Source: an uncultured delta proteobacterium (lineage in GTDB: Bacteria; Desulfobacterota; Syntrophia; Syntrophales; UBA2185). Taken from it: a DNA stretch of 64,000 bases. The notes beneath the pieces were generated by a model. It searched no databases. It saw only the letters and a list, made by a program, of their open reading frames with translations, and was not told where the DNA came from. Numbering within the stretch: the first letter of the stretch is position 1; every line of letters starts with the position of its first letter. The translations under genes were made by a program, and so were the position numbers. Location of the stretch: contig CAVSPA010000004.1 in assembly GCA_963729715.1 (NCBI GenBank), forward strand, positions 32,001 to 96,000. Direction: 5' to 3'. This document shows, in pieces, positions 38,768-48,113 of this stretch.

Positions 38768-39606
38768 TGCGCCGTAAGATCATTAATCAATCCGGTTTCA
38801 CGCTCATCGAAATCATAGCAACCGTTGTTATCTTGGCGGCTTTCAGCGCCATGATGCTGATGTTGTTTTCTGATTCGTTGATAACAAGCAGCGGTAACAT
38901 GATGAGGACATCGAAATCTTCTGACCTCAGCAATGTGATGGCGAATATCTATGCGGATTACAGGCCGTATCCGGTATGGCAACCGTCAACAAATTATTCT
39001 TCTACAAATCCTACAAGTAAAATATTTCCAAGGGGTATGAATGGCCGGTTTTACATATGCAAGCCAGGCAGTAGCGGTACAAGCGGCCTATCGGAACCGA
39101 CCCAATGGAGCGATTCAGGAGATACACCGGATAACCAGGTCACCTGGAATGCGGGTGTATGGCAACCATCAACACCATATAACGTATGTGATATCGTCAT
39201 TCCAAGAACTCCCAATGGCCATTTCTATCGATGCTGGCAACCCGGAATGAGCTGCGGAACTCCTTGTGGTACAAGCGGCCTCCTAGCCAATGAGCCATCT
39301 TGGCCTACGATAAATGGAGACCCTTCGTCGTTGACCGATAACACGGCTCAATGGATGGAGCTCCTCGTATATCTGAATCAACAAATTGGTACGGCTGATT
39401 CAGCTAAAAAAATTACTGGTTACGGGCAATATTATGTTCTTGAGAATAGGTTCGTCTACTTTGATAACAACAATGTAATACAGCCTATCAATGCGGGTGC
39501 CCCCCAGAACATTCTTGAAGTAAAGTTACAAAGCGTTGGGACAAGTTCTGTTGGTACTGATTGCCCCGGAGAACAGATACTGACAACCCTTTTCACAGCT
39601 TATTAG
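38764..39606 (+). CDS. Minor pilin (MshD/PilV-like) with two CBM5/12-like repeats
   Basis: SG/FTLIE; two WQPSTxY...NGxFYxC...GTSG..EP..W repeats. Confidence 0.82.
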   Translation: MMRRKIINQSGFTLIEIIATVVILAAFSAMMLMLFSDSLITSSGNMMRTSKSSDLSNVMANIYADYRPYPVWQPSTNYSSTNPTSKIFPRGMNGRFYICKPGSSGTSGLSEPTQWSDSGDTPDNQVTWNAGVWQPSTPYNVCDIVIPRTPNGHFYRCWQPGMSCGTPCGTSGLLANEPSWPTINGDPSSLTDNTAQWMELLVYLNQQIGTADSAKKITGYGQYYVLENRFVYFDNNNVIQPINAGAPQNILEVKLQSVGTSSVGTDCPGEQILTTLFTAY

Positions 39607-39613
39607 ATGGTCT

Positions 39614-40219
39614 ATGAAGAAAAAAAAACCCGATAATCATGGATTCACACTGATTGAAATTATTGTGTCGATGGTCGTACTCGCCATTCTTGGTGTGATT
39701 GCTGGGAGAGGAATGGTGGAAATGGCAAGTGGATATGTGTTGTCAAAGAAGAACGCCACAGTGGCACAACTGGGACAAATTACCGTAGATAGACTTAAGG
39801 AGGAATTTTCGTCAATCCAGTCTATTACATGTGGTGGGCCAAGTATTATTACATACAGTATCCAGAGAAGTGCTGCGGAAGGATATGTTCAATCATCGGT
39901 ATACTTGGTCGGCGGGAATAACCCCACGCTATATTTATTAACGCCTGGTTGTACCGATTGCACATCATGTATAGGCGGTGACAAATTGGCAGATAGTATC
40001 AGTAACTTCACCTTGAGTTACTGCAACACCCCTTCTATTACAACAACTGCAAACTGTTCAGCGACATTCCCTAATAGTCCTAATTTTTCACAAGGGACGC
40101 TTTCGTTTGTAAAATTTACATTAAAACTGACCGGGTATGGCCCCACACCAACAAGCATGGCCACAATATCGGTAGCCAATCCAGATATTGTCTTTTTGAA
40201 TCTGGAGTCAGGGAGCTGA
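39614..40219 (+). CDS. Minor pilin (MshO/PilW-like), Cys-rich
   Basis: HG/FTLIEIIVSMVVLAIL; position in the minor pilin array. Confidence 0.85.
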   Translation: MKKKKPDNHGFTLIEIIVSMVVLAILGVIAGRGMVEMASGYVLSKKNATVAQLGQITVDRLKEEFSSIQSITCGGPSIITYSIQRSAAEGYVQSSVYLVGGNNPTLYLLTPGCTDCTSCIGGDKLADSISNFTLSYCNTPSITTTANCSATFPNSPNFSQGTLSFVKFTLKLTGYGPTPTSMATISVANPDIVFLNLESGS

Positions 40220-40221
40220 GC

Positions 40222-40590
40222 GTGTCTATCTCTAACAAGAGAGGAAATGTACTGGTATTTTTAATTAGCGGAATAGCAATGGCCGCTGCAATAGGGATAG
40301 GCATGTTTTATATGATATCAACACAATCATTGGGACAGGCGTTTGGGAGCGAAACGAATCGCGCCTACTATCTCGCCCTGGCCGGCAAGGAATACGTTAT
40401 TGCCAACGGGTACAACTATAGCGCAATTGTCCAGTACGGTAACGACTTCACCGTGTCTAACACGGAGCATTTTTCTATTTCCAGCACTGATGGCATTAAC
40501 TTTAAATCAACGGGAATAGTCAACGAGGGTACACCGTTTGAAGCGAGAAGAACCATCAATGTCCCACCATACAGTACCACTGGTCCCTAA
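40222..40590 (+). CDS. Minor pilin (MshP/PilX-like)
   Basis: KRG/NVLVF leader lacking Glu5; RAYYLALAG PilX-type motif. Confidence 0.75.
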   Translation: MSISNKRGNVLVFLISGIAMAAAIGIGMFYMISTQSLGQAFGSETNRAYYLALAGKEYVIANGYNYSAIVQYGNDFTVSNTEHFSISSTDGINFKSTGIVNEGTPFEARRTINVPPYSTTGP

Positions 40591-40918
40591 AACCCATCCA
40601 GTTTTTATGTGAAAAATAAACCTCTCCCCGGACAGTCATCCTCTCTCCGGTAGTGGATGTCAGTTCCTCTGCTGCAAGTGGCATGCAATTTGTCAACATT
40701 GGATCACAGCAAGGATTCATTGAGACGATTGTCAACCTGTGCAGTTCTTAATGGTGTTAAAAAAGATTTTAAGGCGGGATAACGGAAGGGTTTACTTGGG
40801 CGGGAAATAGAGGGGATTTATTTATCGATTACGGCGAAATGAGTTCTTCACGCGGTAAATAGGGCAGGGGTAGCGAGCCGCATAATCGGCTCTAAACTTT
40901 AATTAATGCCAGTTTATC

Positions 40919-41914
40919 TTAAAGCGCTTCAATAACATTATAGACAGATATCTCTTCATCTATTCCTTTGAGTTTTACCTGCCTTATCTTTTCTACCTTA
41001 AAGTAATCCTTCACTGCTTCATACGTGTTGTCACAAATGAGGATTTGGTTTTCCTTGGCAATCCTTTCGAGCCTTGCAGCGAGATTTACCGGATTGCCCA
41101 TGGCGGTATATTCTTTTCTGATGGCCGAGCCAAAGATTCCGACCATGGATTCGCCTGTACTGATTCCGAAGCCGACAGGAATCTTCACATTCCCGTTGCT
41201 GACCGCTGCGTTTATTTCGGCTATCTTATTTCGCATCTCGATTGCGCACTGGACGGCTCTCTTGGCATCACTGTTTTGGGTCATCGGGGCGCCGAATATC
41301 CCCATGATGCCGTCACCGATATGTTTGTCGAGGGTGCCGTTGTGTTTAAAGATGATGTTGTCGAGAGGATAAAAATAACTAAGATTCAAAAGGTGCGACA
41401 GTTCCACAGGCGTCAGCGATTCGGATATTTTTGTGAAACCGCGGATATCGGTAAAAAGAATGCTTACTTTCTGGTTTCTGGGCTCGAGGTTTTCCCCGAA
41501 CTTCTGTAATTCTTCGAGAACCTGAGCGGGCACGAATTGCTTCAATCTTTTCTTGACGTGGAATTCCTTCAGCTTCAGTCTTATTTCTTTGTTGTCGAAG
41601 GGTTTCGTTAAGAAACCATCGATGCCGGAGTTCACACTTTCTATAGCGCGATCGAGGGTCGCGTAGCCGGTGAGGATTATCTTGATGATTTCAGGATTAA
41701 TCTTGCTGATTTCCATCAGTGTTTCCAAACCGTCAAGGCCCGGCATCTTGAAATCGCATATCACCGTTTCAATTTCATTAACCTGTTGTCGGACGATATC
41801 AATAGCCTCCGTGCCGTTTTCGGCCAGAAGAATGTCATAGCCGTCCCTATGAAGAAGCTTTTTTAAAGATCTTCGGACGCCCTCTTCATCGTCTACGATT
41901 AGTATCTTTATCAT
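40919..41914 (-). CDS. Response regulator fused to a class III adenylate cyclase
   Basis: REC (ILIVDDE, CDFKMP, FLTKPF) plus cyclase ILFTDIRGFT, DKHIGDG, YTAMGNPVNLAARLE. Confidence 0.92.
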   Translation of the reverse strand: MIKILIVDDEEGVRRSLKKLLHRDGYDILLAENGTEAIDIVRQQVNEIETVICDFKMPGLDGLETLMEISKINPEIIKIILTGYATLDRAIESVNSGIDGFLTKPFDNKEIRLKLKEFHVKKRLKQFVPAQVLEELQKFGENLEPRNQKVSILFTDIRGFTKISESLTPVELSHLLNLSYFYPLDNIIFKHNGTLDKHIGDGIMGIFGAPMTQNSDAKRAVQCAIEMRNKIAEINAAVSNGNVKIPVGFGISTGESMVGIFGSAIRKEYTAMGNPVNLAARLERIAKENQILICDNTYEAVKDYFKVEKIRQVKLKGIDEEISVYNVIEAL

Positions 41915-42852
41915 GATGCCCCCTGTTTCACCGGAAGGTCTATGGTAAATGTTGTGCCCCGTCCCGGTTTGCTGCTCACTGAGATCAGCCCCTCATGCTT
42001 CTTGACGATTTCATGGGAAATGTAAAGACCAAGGCCCGACCCGCTGCCAACGACCTTGGTTGTAAAAAATGGCTTGAATATATCCTTAAGGATATCATCC
42101 GGAATTCCCGCACCTGTGTCCCGGCACTCTACGGTAACGGTATTTGTATCTCTCTTATATCTCGTTTTCAGGAATATGGTTCCTTTACCGTCGGGCAGCG
42201 CCTGTATTGCATTCTTGATTATGTTCATAAAAACCTGGCCGAGATTTGCAAAGTTGCCGTTTACTTTCGGCAGATTCTCGTCGAAATCTTTTTCGATGAT
42301 AACCCCGGTGTCTTTATACTGGTTATGTAATACCCGTAAAGCATCCTCTATATTTGCATTAATGTCAACATTCTCTATGTAGACCTGTGTCTGGCGTGAC
42401 AATCCGAGTACGCTCTTTACGATGTTTTCCGCCCGCTTGAGCTCCTTCAACGAGAATTCGAGATCCTTTATAAGTTCGCTATCACCATCGGCCTTAACTT
42501 TTTTTTCGTTTAAGATTTCAATATTTGTTTGGATAAGGCTTGACGTGCTTGCGAGGGGATTGTTGAGCTCATGGGCTATTCCGGCAACAAGCTGTCCAAT
42601 GGCCGCTATGCTTTCCGTCTGTATCAACCGCTCTTGCGTCCGTTCTTTTTCTGCAAGAGCTTCTTTACGGGAATTGATCAATGATTGCGTAAATACTCCG
42701 TATGCAATCACTAAGAGCACAATTAGTGTGCGCGATAATATCTGGTCCGATGTGAGGGAATCGAGGACCCAGTATATCAGCACTATGGCCATGGCGATCA
42801 ATAAAAGACCGTTCTTCTCAATATGCCTGCGTACTGCGCCCTTGTCACTCAT
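41911..42852 (-). CDS. Membrane histidine kinase with a minimal two-helix sensor
   Basis: Two TM helices, [33 protein letters not shown]. Confidence 0.92.
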   Translation of the reverse strand: MSDKGAVRRHIEKNGLLLIAMAIVLIYWVLDSLTSDQILSRTLIVLLVIAYGVFTQSLINSRKEALAEKERTQERLIQTESIAAIGQLVAGIAHELNNPLASTSSLIQTNIEILNEKKVKADGDSELIKDLEFSLKELKRAENIVKSVLGLSRQTQVYIENVDINANIEDALRVLHNQYKDTGVIIEKDFDENLPKVNGNFANLGQVFMNIIKNAIQALPDGKGTIFLKTRYKRDTNTVTVECRDTGAGIPDDILKDIFKPFFTTKVVGSGSGLGLYISHEIVKKHEGLISVSSKPGRGTTFTIDLPVKQGAS

Positions 42853-42960
42853 TGTGCATTTGCCCGAAATCTATATATGCTAAGTTGAAAATCACACATC
42901 TTTGTATTTTCTATTTTAAAAGACGTTTATTGTCAATACATTACTAATCGTGCAACGCCA

Positions 42961-44142
42961 TTACTCGTGCCTTTGCCGTCCGGAATATTCCAATATGGAT
43001 ATAGCCACCGTTATGAGAAAAGCCTGGCTGATCAGCAGTACGCCATCGATGGGTCTTGCATTTCTGAGCGCTATAGCGCTGATGCCGAGGGTTGCACAGA
43101 GAAAATAAATGAAGAGCACAGCTTTTCTCTTGTCGCCGAGAAGCGTGTACAATCTGTGATGCAGGTGGTCTTTGCCCACGTACTCTATCCAGTCTTTGAA
43201 ACTTTTCACTTTGCCGGTGAGAATTCTCTCGACGGTTATATAGGTCATGTCGAATATGAGGATCCAGAAGATCAGGACGGGCGCTGCAAAGGAGACGATG
43301 GGGTTATGAAGAGACCAGTTGCCTTTAACCGCCAAGGCAGCCAAGGTAAAACCTAAAAAGATGCTGCCCGTATCACCGAGAAAAATGGAAGCGGGCCTCT
43401 TGAAGTGGAAATTGTAGGGCAGGAAGCCGAGGCAGCTTCCTACCATGGCAACCGCGATCCATCCCATAAACGGCTGATTTGTCTGGAATGCAACGATACC
43501 CATAAAGAAGGCCATGATCGCGCTGATTCCCGCTGCGAGGCCATCCATGCCGTCGAAAAAATTTAGAGAATTCGTAATTCCCACGATCCAGAAAACTGTG
43601 AGCACAAAATTAAGTGCATATCCCCAGGACGTGTTTGCCGGAAATAGATGCAGAATAATGCCATGATAAATCAGTATAAATACCGCTATAATCTGGACCA
43701 GAAGCTTTAGTCTGGCGGATAGTCCCTTCCAATCGTCGATCAAGCTCACCACAGCAACAAAAACTGCGCAGGCAAGCAAGGCTATAGATGGCCTGTCAAG
43801 GATCATGTTTGCGCTGAGGGCTGCTATGAACGCAATGATAATCGCCACGCCCCCGAGAAGAGGGGTGCTGCTCTCGTGGACTTTCCTCTCTTCCGGCTGG
43901 TCGACAATATTCAGTTTCAGCGCAATCGTTCTCATGAAGGGCGTCAGACTTGCAGAAAAGGAGACAGCAAAAAGGAGGACGTAGAACCATCTGCCGAGGT
44001 ACTCGAAAAAGCGATCGCGTATGATCGGCAGGAAGAGGAGTAAAAAGATAATAATCGAGCAAAGCCAAAAGATTCGTAAAGGGGATACCTTTTTCGCATC
44101 GGAATTAAATATGGCAAAACGTGATTTCTGCATGATGTGCAA
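42961..44142 (-). CDS. WecA/TagO-type undecaprenyl-phosphate sugar-1-phosphate transferase
   Basis: RKVH..TPLLGG, LIDD, NFFDGMDGL, FLGDTGS, HLHHRL. Confidence 0.9.
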   Translation of the reverse strand: MHIMQKSRFAIFNSDAKKVSPLRIFWLCSIIIFLLLFLPIIRDRFFEYLGRWFYVLLFAVSFSASLTPFMRTIALKLNIVDQPEERKVHESSTPLLGGVAIIIAFIAALSANMILDRPSIALLACAVFVAVVSLIDDWKGLSARLKLLVQIIAVFILIYHGIILHLFPANTSWGYALNFVLTVFWIVGITNSLNFFDGMDGLAAGISAIMAFFMGIVAFQTNQPFMGWIAVAMVGSCLGFLPYNFHFKRPASIFLGDTGSIFLGFTLAALAVKGNWSLHNPIVSFAAPVLIFWILIFDMTYITVERILTGKVKSFKDWIEYVGKDHLHHRLYTLLGDKRKAVLFIYFLCATLGISAIALRNARPIDGVLLISQAFLITVAISILEYSGRQRHE

Positions 44143-44174
44143 TACCCAAAATATTTTAAATGCGCAGCCTCTTC

Positions 44175-45212
44175 TTAGGTTAAGGCCAATCTTACAGCGT
44201 TTGTAATTATCCCCACTTCGTCATCGTTAAGAGAGGGATAGATAGGAATGGAGACCGCCCGTTCCCATACCAGATCCGTCGTCGCGTATCCCGATAATCC
44301 CAGGTATCTGTGCAGCGGTTTGAAAACGGGTCGCGTGCAAACCACACCTCTTTTCATCATCGCGTCCATAAAAAGCTCCGCATTTTCGAGAAAGACTACA
44401 TATCTGTAGTAGATATGCTCCCTGTCTTTTGGAACAAATGGCGCGGCTATACTTAAGTCAGCAAATACTCTGCCATATTTATCGGCAATTTCTTTTCTTT
44501 TTTGAATGAATAGGGAAAGTTTTTTTAGTTGAGCTATGCCCAGCGCCGCCTGGATATCCGTCATTTTGTAATTATATCTGACGGCGGAGCTTTCCCTGTT
44601 ATCATAATCCCGGAGATCCTTGATGCTCTCGAGCAAACTCGCATTGTTTGAAAGAACCATCCCGCCCTCGCCGGTGGCGATAACTTTCGTGGCGTAAAAG
44701 GAAAAAATTGAAAGCGTGCCGAAACTGCCGGTGTAATTATCCTTATATTTGCTGCCCAAGGAATGTGCACAGTCCTCAATAACAGGAATGTCGAGAGATT
44801 TGACGTCTTCTATGTCTGCCGGCAGGCCGAAGATGTGGGGAACTATGATGGCCTTTGTTTTTTTTGTAATACGCCTTTTCAGATCGTTGACGTCGATATT
44901 GAAAGTAAGCCGGTCAATCTCCGCAATCACGGGGGAAGCGCCCACATAGTGTATCGCATTGAGGGGGGCCGTGCAAACGAAGCCGGGCAGGACGACCTCA
45001 TCGCCCTTACTCACGCCAAGGCTGATCAGGGAAAGGTGAAGGGCGGCAGTGCCGGAACTGACGGCGACGCCTCCTTTGACGCCGTTCAGAGAGGAAGCGT
45101 TTTCTTCAAACCTGGCAGTCTGTTCACCCTGAACAATGTGTCCGGATTTAATGACCTGAAGAACGCCGTCGAAATCACTCTGGTCAAGTGTGGGTCTGGA
45201 ATGAGGAATCAT
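44175..45212 (-). CDS. DegT/DnrJ/EryC1/StrS NDP-sugar aminotransferase
   Basis: VSSGTAALH, IEDCAHS, FSFYATKVIATGEGG, YNYKM. Confidence 0.93.
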   Translation of the reverse strand: MIPHSRPTLDQSDFDGVLQVIKSGHIVQGEQTARFEENASSLNGVKGGVAVSSGTAALHLSLISLGVSKGDEVVLPGFVCTAPLNAIHYVGASPVIAEIDRLTFNIDVNDLKRRITKKTKAIIVPHIFGLPADIEDVKSLDIPVIEDCAHSLGSKYKDNYTGSFGTLSIFSFYATKVIATGEGGMVLSNNASLLESIKDLRDYDNRESSAVRYNYKMTDIQAALGIAQLKKLSLFIQKRKEIADKYGRVFADLSIAAPFVPKDREHIYYRYVVFLENAELFMDAMMKRGVVCTRPVFKPLHRYLGLSGYATTDLVWERAVSIPIYPSLNDDEVGIITNAVRLALT

Positions 45213-45826
45213 ATATTTATAAACAGTCTCAGCGGTATGAATCCCTCCGCGTATTGTACGCGTCCCTGGATGCCCCTGAACATGGCCGTGGATCTTGCCG
45301 CATCCACAATAGACAGGCCTTCAATGTTCGTCTTCATCACCTGGGATTTGTGAGCCAGAAGCATGGCAACTTTTTGTTCTATGGTTTCCTTGATATCTAC
45401 GAAGACAGTGGGAGAAAAGTCAAGTGTGGTTGGCGTTTCATAGAAGATGACATTCTTTATATAGCGTGTAGCCGAGACCGTTGCCCTGCTGAGAGCTCTG
45501 TGGTCCTGATGCGTATCGTCGCCAAAATTGGTGAAGGTGAAATCCGGTTGTATTTTATTCAAGACAGTTTCAATGTCATGAATCAGTTCATTCATATTGG
45601 GGGAAAGCTCCGTATCTTTGTATCCCGCCCACATAACTTCCTTTGGCTTCAGGACTTCCGCTGCCTTATATTGCTCCTCTTTTCTCAGTTTGGCATCGCC
45701 GCCCTTGTGGCCTTCCGTAATAATCAGAAGAAAGATTTCGTGACCATCCTTTGAGTACTTCATGAGCGTACCGGCACAGCCAACTTCGATATCATCGGGA
45801 TGAGCCCCTATTGCGAGTACCTTCAT
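45209..45826 (-). CDS. PIG-L/LmbE family deacetylase
   Basis: AHPDD, DTHQDH, HKSQ. Confidence 0.92.
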   Translation of the reverse strand: MKVLAIGAHPDDIEVGCAGTLMKYSKDGHEIFLLIITEGHKGGDAKLRKEEQYKAAEVLKPKEVMWAGYKDTELSPNMNELIHDIETVLNKIQPDFTFTNFGDDTHQDHRALSRATVSATRYIKNVIFYETPTTLDFSPTVFVDIKETIEQKVAMLLAHKSQVMKTNIEGLSIVDAARSTAMFRGIQGRVQYAEGFIPLRLFINI

Positions 45827-46506
45827 CAGTTCCCCCTCAGTATTCTGAGACTTTCGCCTCCGTTATTAAAGATGAGATCAACTACCGACATATACGGCAA
45901 GAAGTCGTCAAAAAGCTGACTGTAGACAGGGTGTTTGTAATCCTGAACTATAACTTTTATGGAATTTCTGCCATACTTATCGATATCCATATAATTCCGG
46001 CCGCCGCTTCCGGATAAGTAAGTGTCAGCGCCGAAATGTTTTGTAATAGCGATCAGCCTTTCATCCGGGTCTTCCGGGAAATTTCCTATTTCCGAAGCGA
46101 TATGTAGGGGAGTCTCGATGCCGAGGATCTTCACGAGTGTCTTTACGACATGAATATTCAGTTGAGATATCGTCTGCCATTGTGATTGGAACAATTCCGT
46201 GAAGAAAGGTTCCAAAACGTTCCAGTAAGGCGCTTTTTTATAATTAGAGATAAGGGCCTGCTGCTGTTTGCGCTGCCACCGCTCTTTATTATTGATTTCC
46301 ACCTCGTTGATCAACTGCGGGAACCTATACAAGACGGGGACTGTGAGCCACTGCCCACCGGCCGCGGTCTTTATCTTATTTCTGTTCTGGACTTCATTTT
46401 TCTTATACTGCACGTTGTCGAGGAGAACAAATACGTCCGCTTTGTCGATTTTGTCGAAGTAGCCAAGCCACGGCAGATACTGTGGTTGATGGACGGATAC
46501 AATCAT
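45826..46506 (-). CDS. WbqC family protein
   Basis: HQPQYLPWLGYFDK, QNRNKI, YLSG, MSVVDLIFN. Confidence 0.93.
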   Translation of the reverse strand: MIVSVHQPQYLPWLGYFDKIDKADVFVLLDNVQYKKNEVQNRNKIKTAAGGQWLTVPVLYRFPQLINEVEINNKERWQRKQQQALISNYKKAPYWNVLEPFFTELFQSQWQTISQLNIHVVKTLVKILGIETPLHIASEIGNFPEDPDERLIAITKHFGADTYLSGSGGRNYMDIDKYGRNSIKVIVQDYKHPVYSQLFDDFLPYMSVVDLIFNNGGESLRILRGN

Positions 46507-46520
46507 CGTTTATAGTCCTC

Positions 46521-46563
46521 TGTCATTACCGCACCCTTGTCATTCCCTCACAGGCGGGAATCC
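46521..46563. repeat. Degenerate REP-like half element (GTCATTCC...GCGGGAATCC)
   Basis: TGTCATTACCGC...TGTCATTCCCTCACAGGCGGGAATCC, related to the 16228-16316 family. Confidence 0.55.
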
Positions 46564-46583
46564 GATCACCTTCAATTTCAAGA

Positions 46584-46643
46584 AACGTAGTGCAGGACTT
46601 TAGTCTTGCCGAAACGGCGTACCTAAAGGTACGCCACTACGTT
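46584..46643. repeat. GTAG-type REP doublet (REPIN-like)
   Basis: AACGTAGTGCAGGACTTTAG...CTAAAGGTACGCCACTACGTT: inverted GTAG/CTAC-terminated REP pair. Confidence 0.7.
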
Positions 46644-46657
46644 GCTGAAGAAAAGCC

Positions 46658-48106
46658 TCATTCAAACTTCACGAACACAGGGTTGGAAACGATTGTTCCG
46701 TTGCCGTGTAAATCCATCCTGTAATAAATCCTTTCACCCGGCTTATAGTATGGGTCAATATAATCGATCATCAGCGGTAGTTTCTCTTCGAAAAGATAAA
46801 TCGTCTCCCCGGACCGTATCAAGCGTATCTTTACCTTATCCTGTGAAGGAACGGAAGTCGAAACAGATATCCTGACACGCGGATATTCTTTCAGCATGAT
46901 CTCTTCCCCGGAAATGCCCTTTATGCGGTCATCCGCTGATGAAACGGAAAAGTCTTCCATCTTCAAGGCCTGCGGATAGTTGACCTGGCAGGCGTAAATC
47001 TTGCCGGTCTTGAGCGCCTTCAAGACGGCATCCCTCGTTCTGTGTTCTACGAGGAAAACGGTCTGGTATGTCCCCAACTGATCGCCGCCTTCTCCCTCCT
47101 GATGAAAATCTCCCGTTGCAATTCCCCAGGGCGGCCGGTCCCTGTAGCCCCTGCAATATTCTTTTAGGGTGGTATCCCAGATATTTCCGGGTTCCGTCAA
47201 GCTGATATTGTCACCGTAAACGGCGGCAAATCCCGTATAACCTGTCGACTCAGCGAGAGCATCGGGATAGGGTAGGGTGCTTACATGGATCGGTCCCATT
47301 TCTCTCACGCCGGAATTTGTTTCGGGGTAATTCCAGAAGGTCATTCCGCCTCTCGCATTAACGTAATCGATCAAGAGCTGATAAGGCGCCATCTTTTGAT
47401 CACCATGGTAAGGGTCAAATGGAGAGCTCCTGAGAGGGTCGCTGTTTATGATAAAGGCTATGGACAGAAGCGAAAGAATAACGCCTGTGACGCGCAGAAG
47501 CCCTCTCCAGCGCAGCAGAATAAGAGACGCGATGAGTGAAAGAGAAAACAGGACAACTGCCGGCAGGGCACTCGCAATATAATTCATGGAAAGATTGTTA
47601 TGAAGGATGGGCAGGTCTTCATAGTCGTCCGGATTCTCCATCCCGACGGTTAAGATACGCTTCTCATGGTCATGCGCTGTAAGCTTCCCGTTGAAGGGGC
47701 TTCCCGTCCAGTAATAGAAGGCTGCTGTCTCGGAGCCCGGGACAATGATCATATCAGGATACCTCTGCCGTATATCCTGTATCGCCTGAATGAACTTATC
47801 CGCGCCGCCGCTGTTGATGGAGTTCAGCTCGACTCTTTTTCTGATAAGGTTCCGGAAAGGGAGCAAGCCATACTCCATCGCGAGCCTGTCATGGTCATTG
47901 ATGAAAAGGACACTAAAGCCTTTTTTCTTCGCGAGGAGCACAAGCTGATCCAGATCATTGGCCCCGTCACTGAAGGTGGTCCGGAGATCCATCAAGCCAG
48001 CTACCTGCTGGTATTCTGCAGCATAAGAAACGCTGGTACCCACTGTAAGAAAGATGGCGGCGAGAAGTACACAGGAAAACAAGAATCTGTTTCGTCTAGT
48101 ATTCAA
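46658..48106 (-). CDS. Exported/membrane PHP-like domain protein (TTG 48106 preferred; track start 48187 overlaps the upstream gene)
   Basis: Signal peptide, DLRTTFSDG, INDHD, PGSE, ATGDFH, two internal TM helices, C-terminal YYR..SNPVF. Confidence 0.7.
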   Translation of the reverse strand: MNTRRNRFLFSCVLLAAIFLTVGTSVSYAAEYQQVAGLMDLRTTFSDGANDLDQLVLLAKKKGFSVLFINDHDRLAMEYGLLPFRNLIRKRVELNSINSGGADKFIQAIQDIRQRYPDMIIVPGSETAAFYYWTGSPFNGKLTAHDHEKRILTVGMENPDDYEDLPILHNNLSMNYIASALPAVVLFSLSLIASLILLRWRGLLRVTGVILSLLSIAFIINSDPLRSSPFDPYHGDQKMAPYQLLIDYVNARGGMTFWNYPETNSGVREMGPIHVSTLPYPDALAESTGYTGFAAVYGDNISLTEPGNIWDTTLKEYCRGYRDRPPWGIATGDFHQEGEGGDQLGTYQTVFLVEHRTRDAVLKALKTGKIYACQVNYPQALKMEDFSVSSADDRIKGISGEEIMLKEYPRVRISVSTSVPSQDKVKIRLIRSGETIYLFEEKLPLMIDYIDPYYKPGERIYYRMDLHGNGTIVSNPVFVKFE

Positions 48107-48113
48107 GAGACCA

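Noticed and set aside
40679..40694. Sigma54-like sequence TGGCATGCAATTTGTC after the minor pilins
   Set aside because: The -12 element is GT instead of GC and no plus-strand gene follows.
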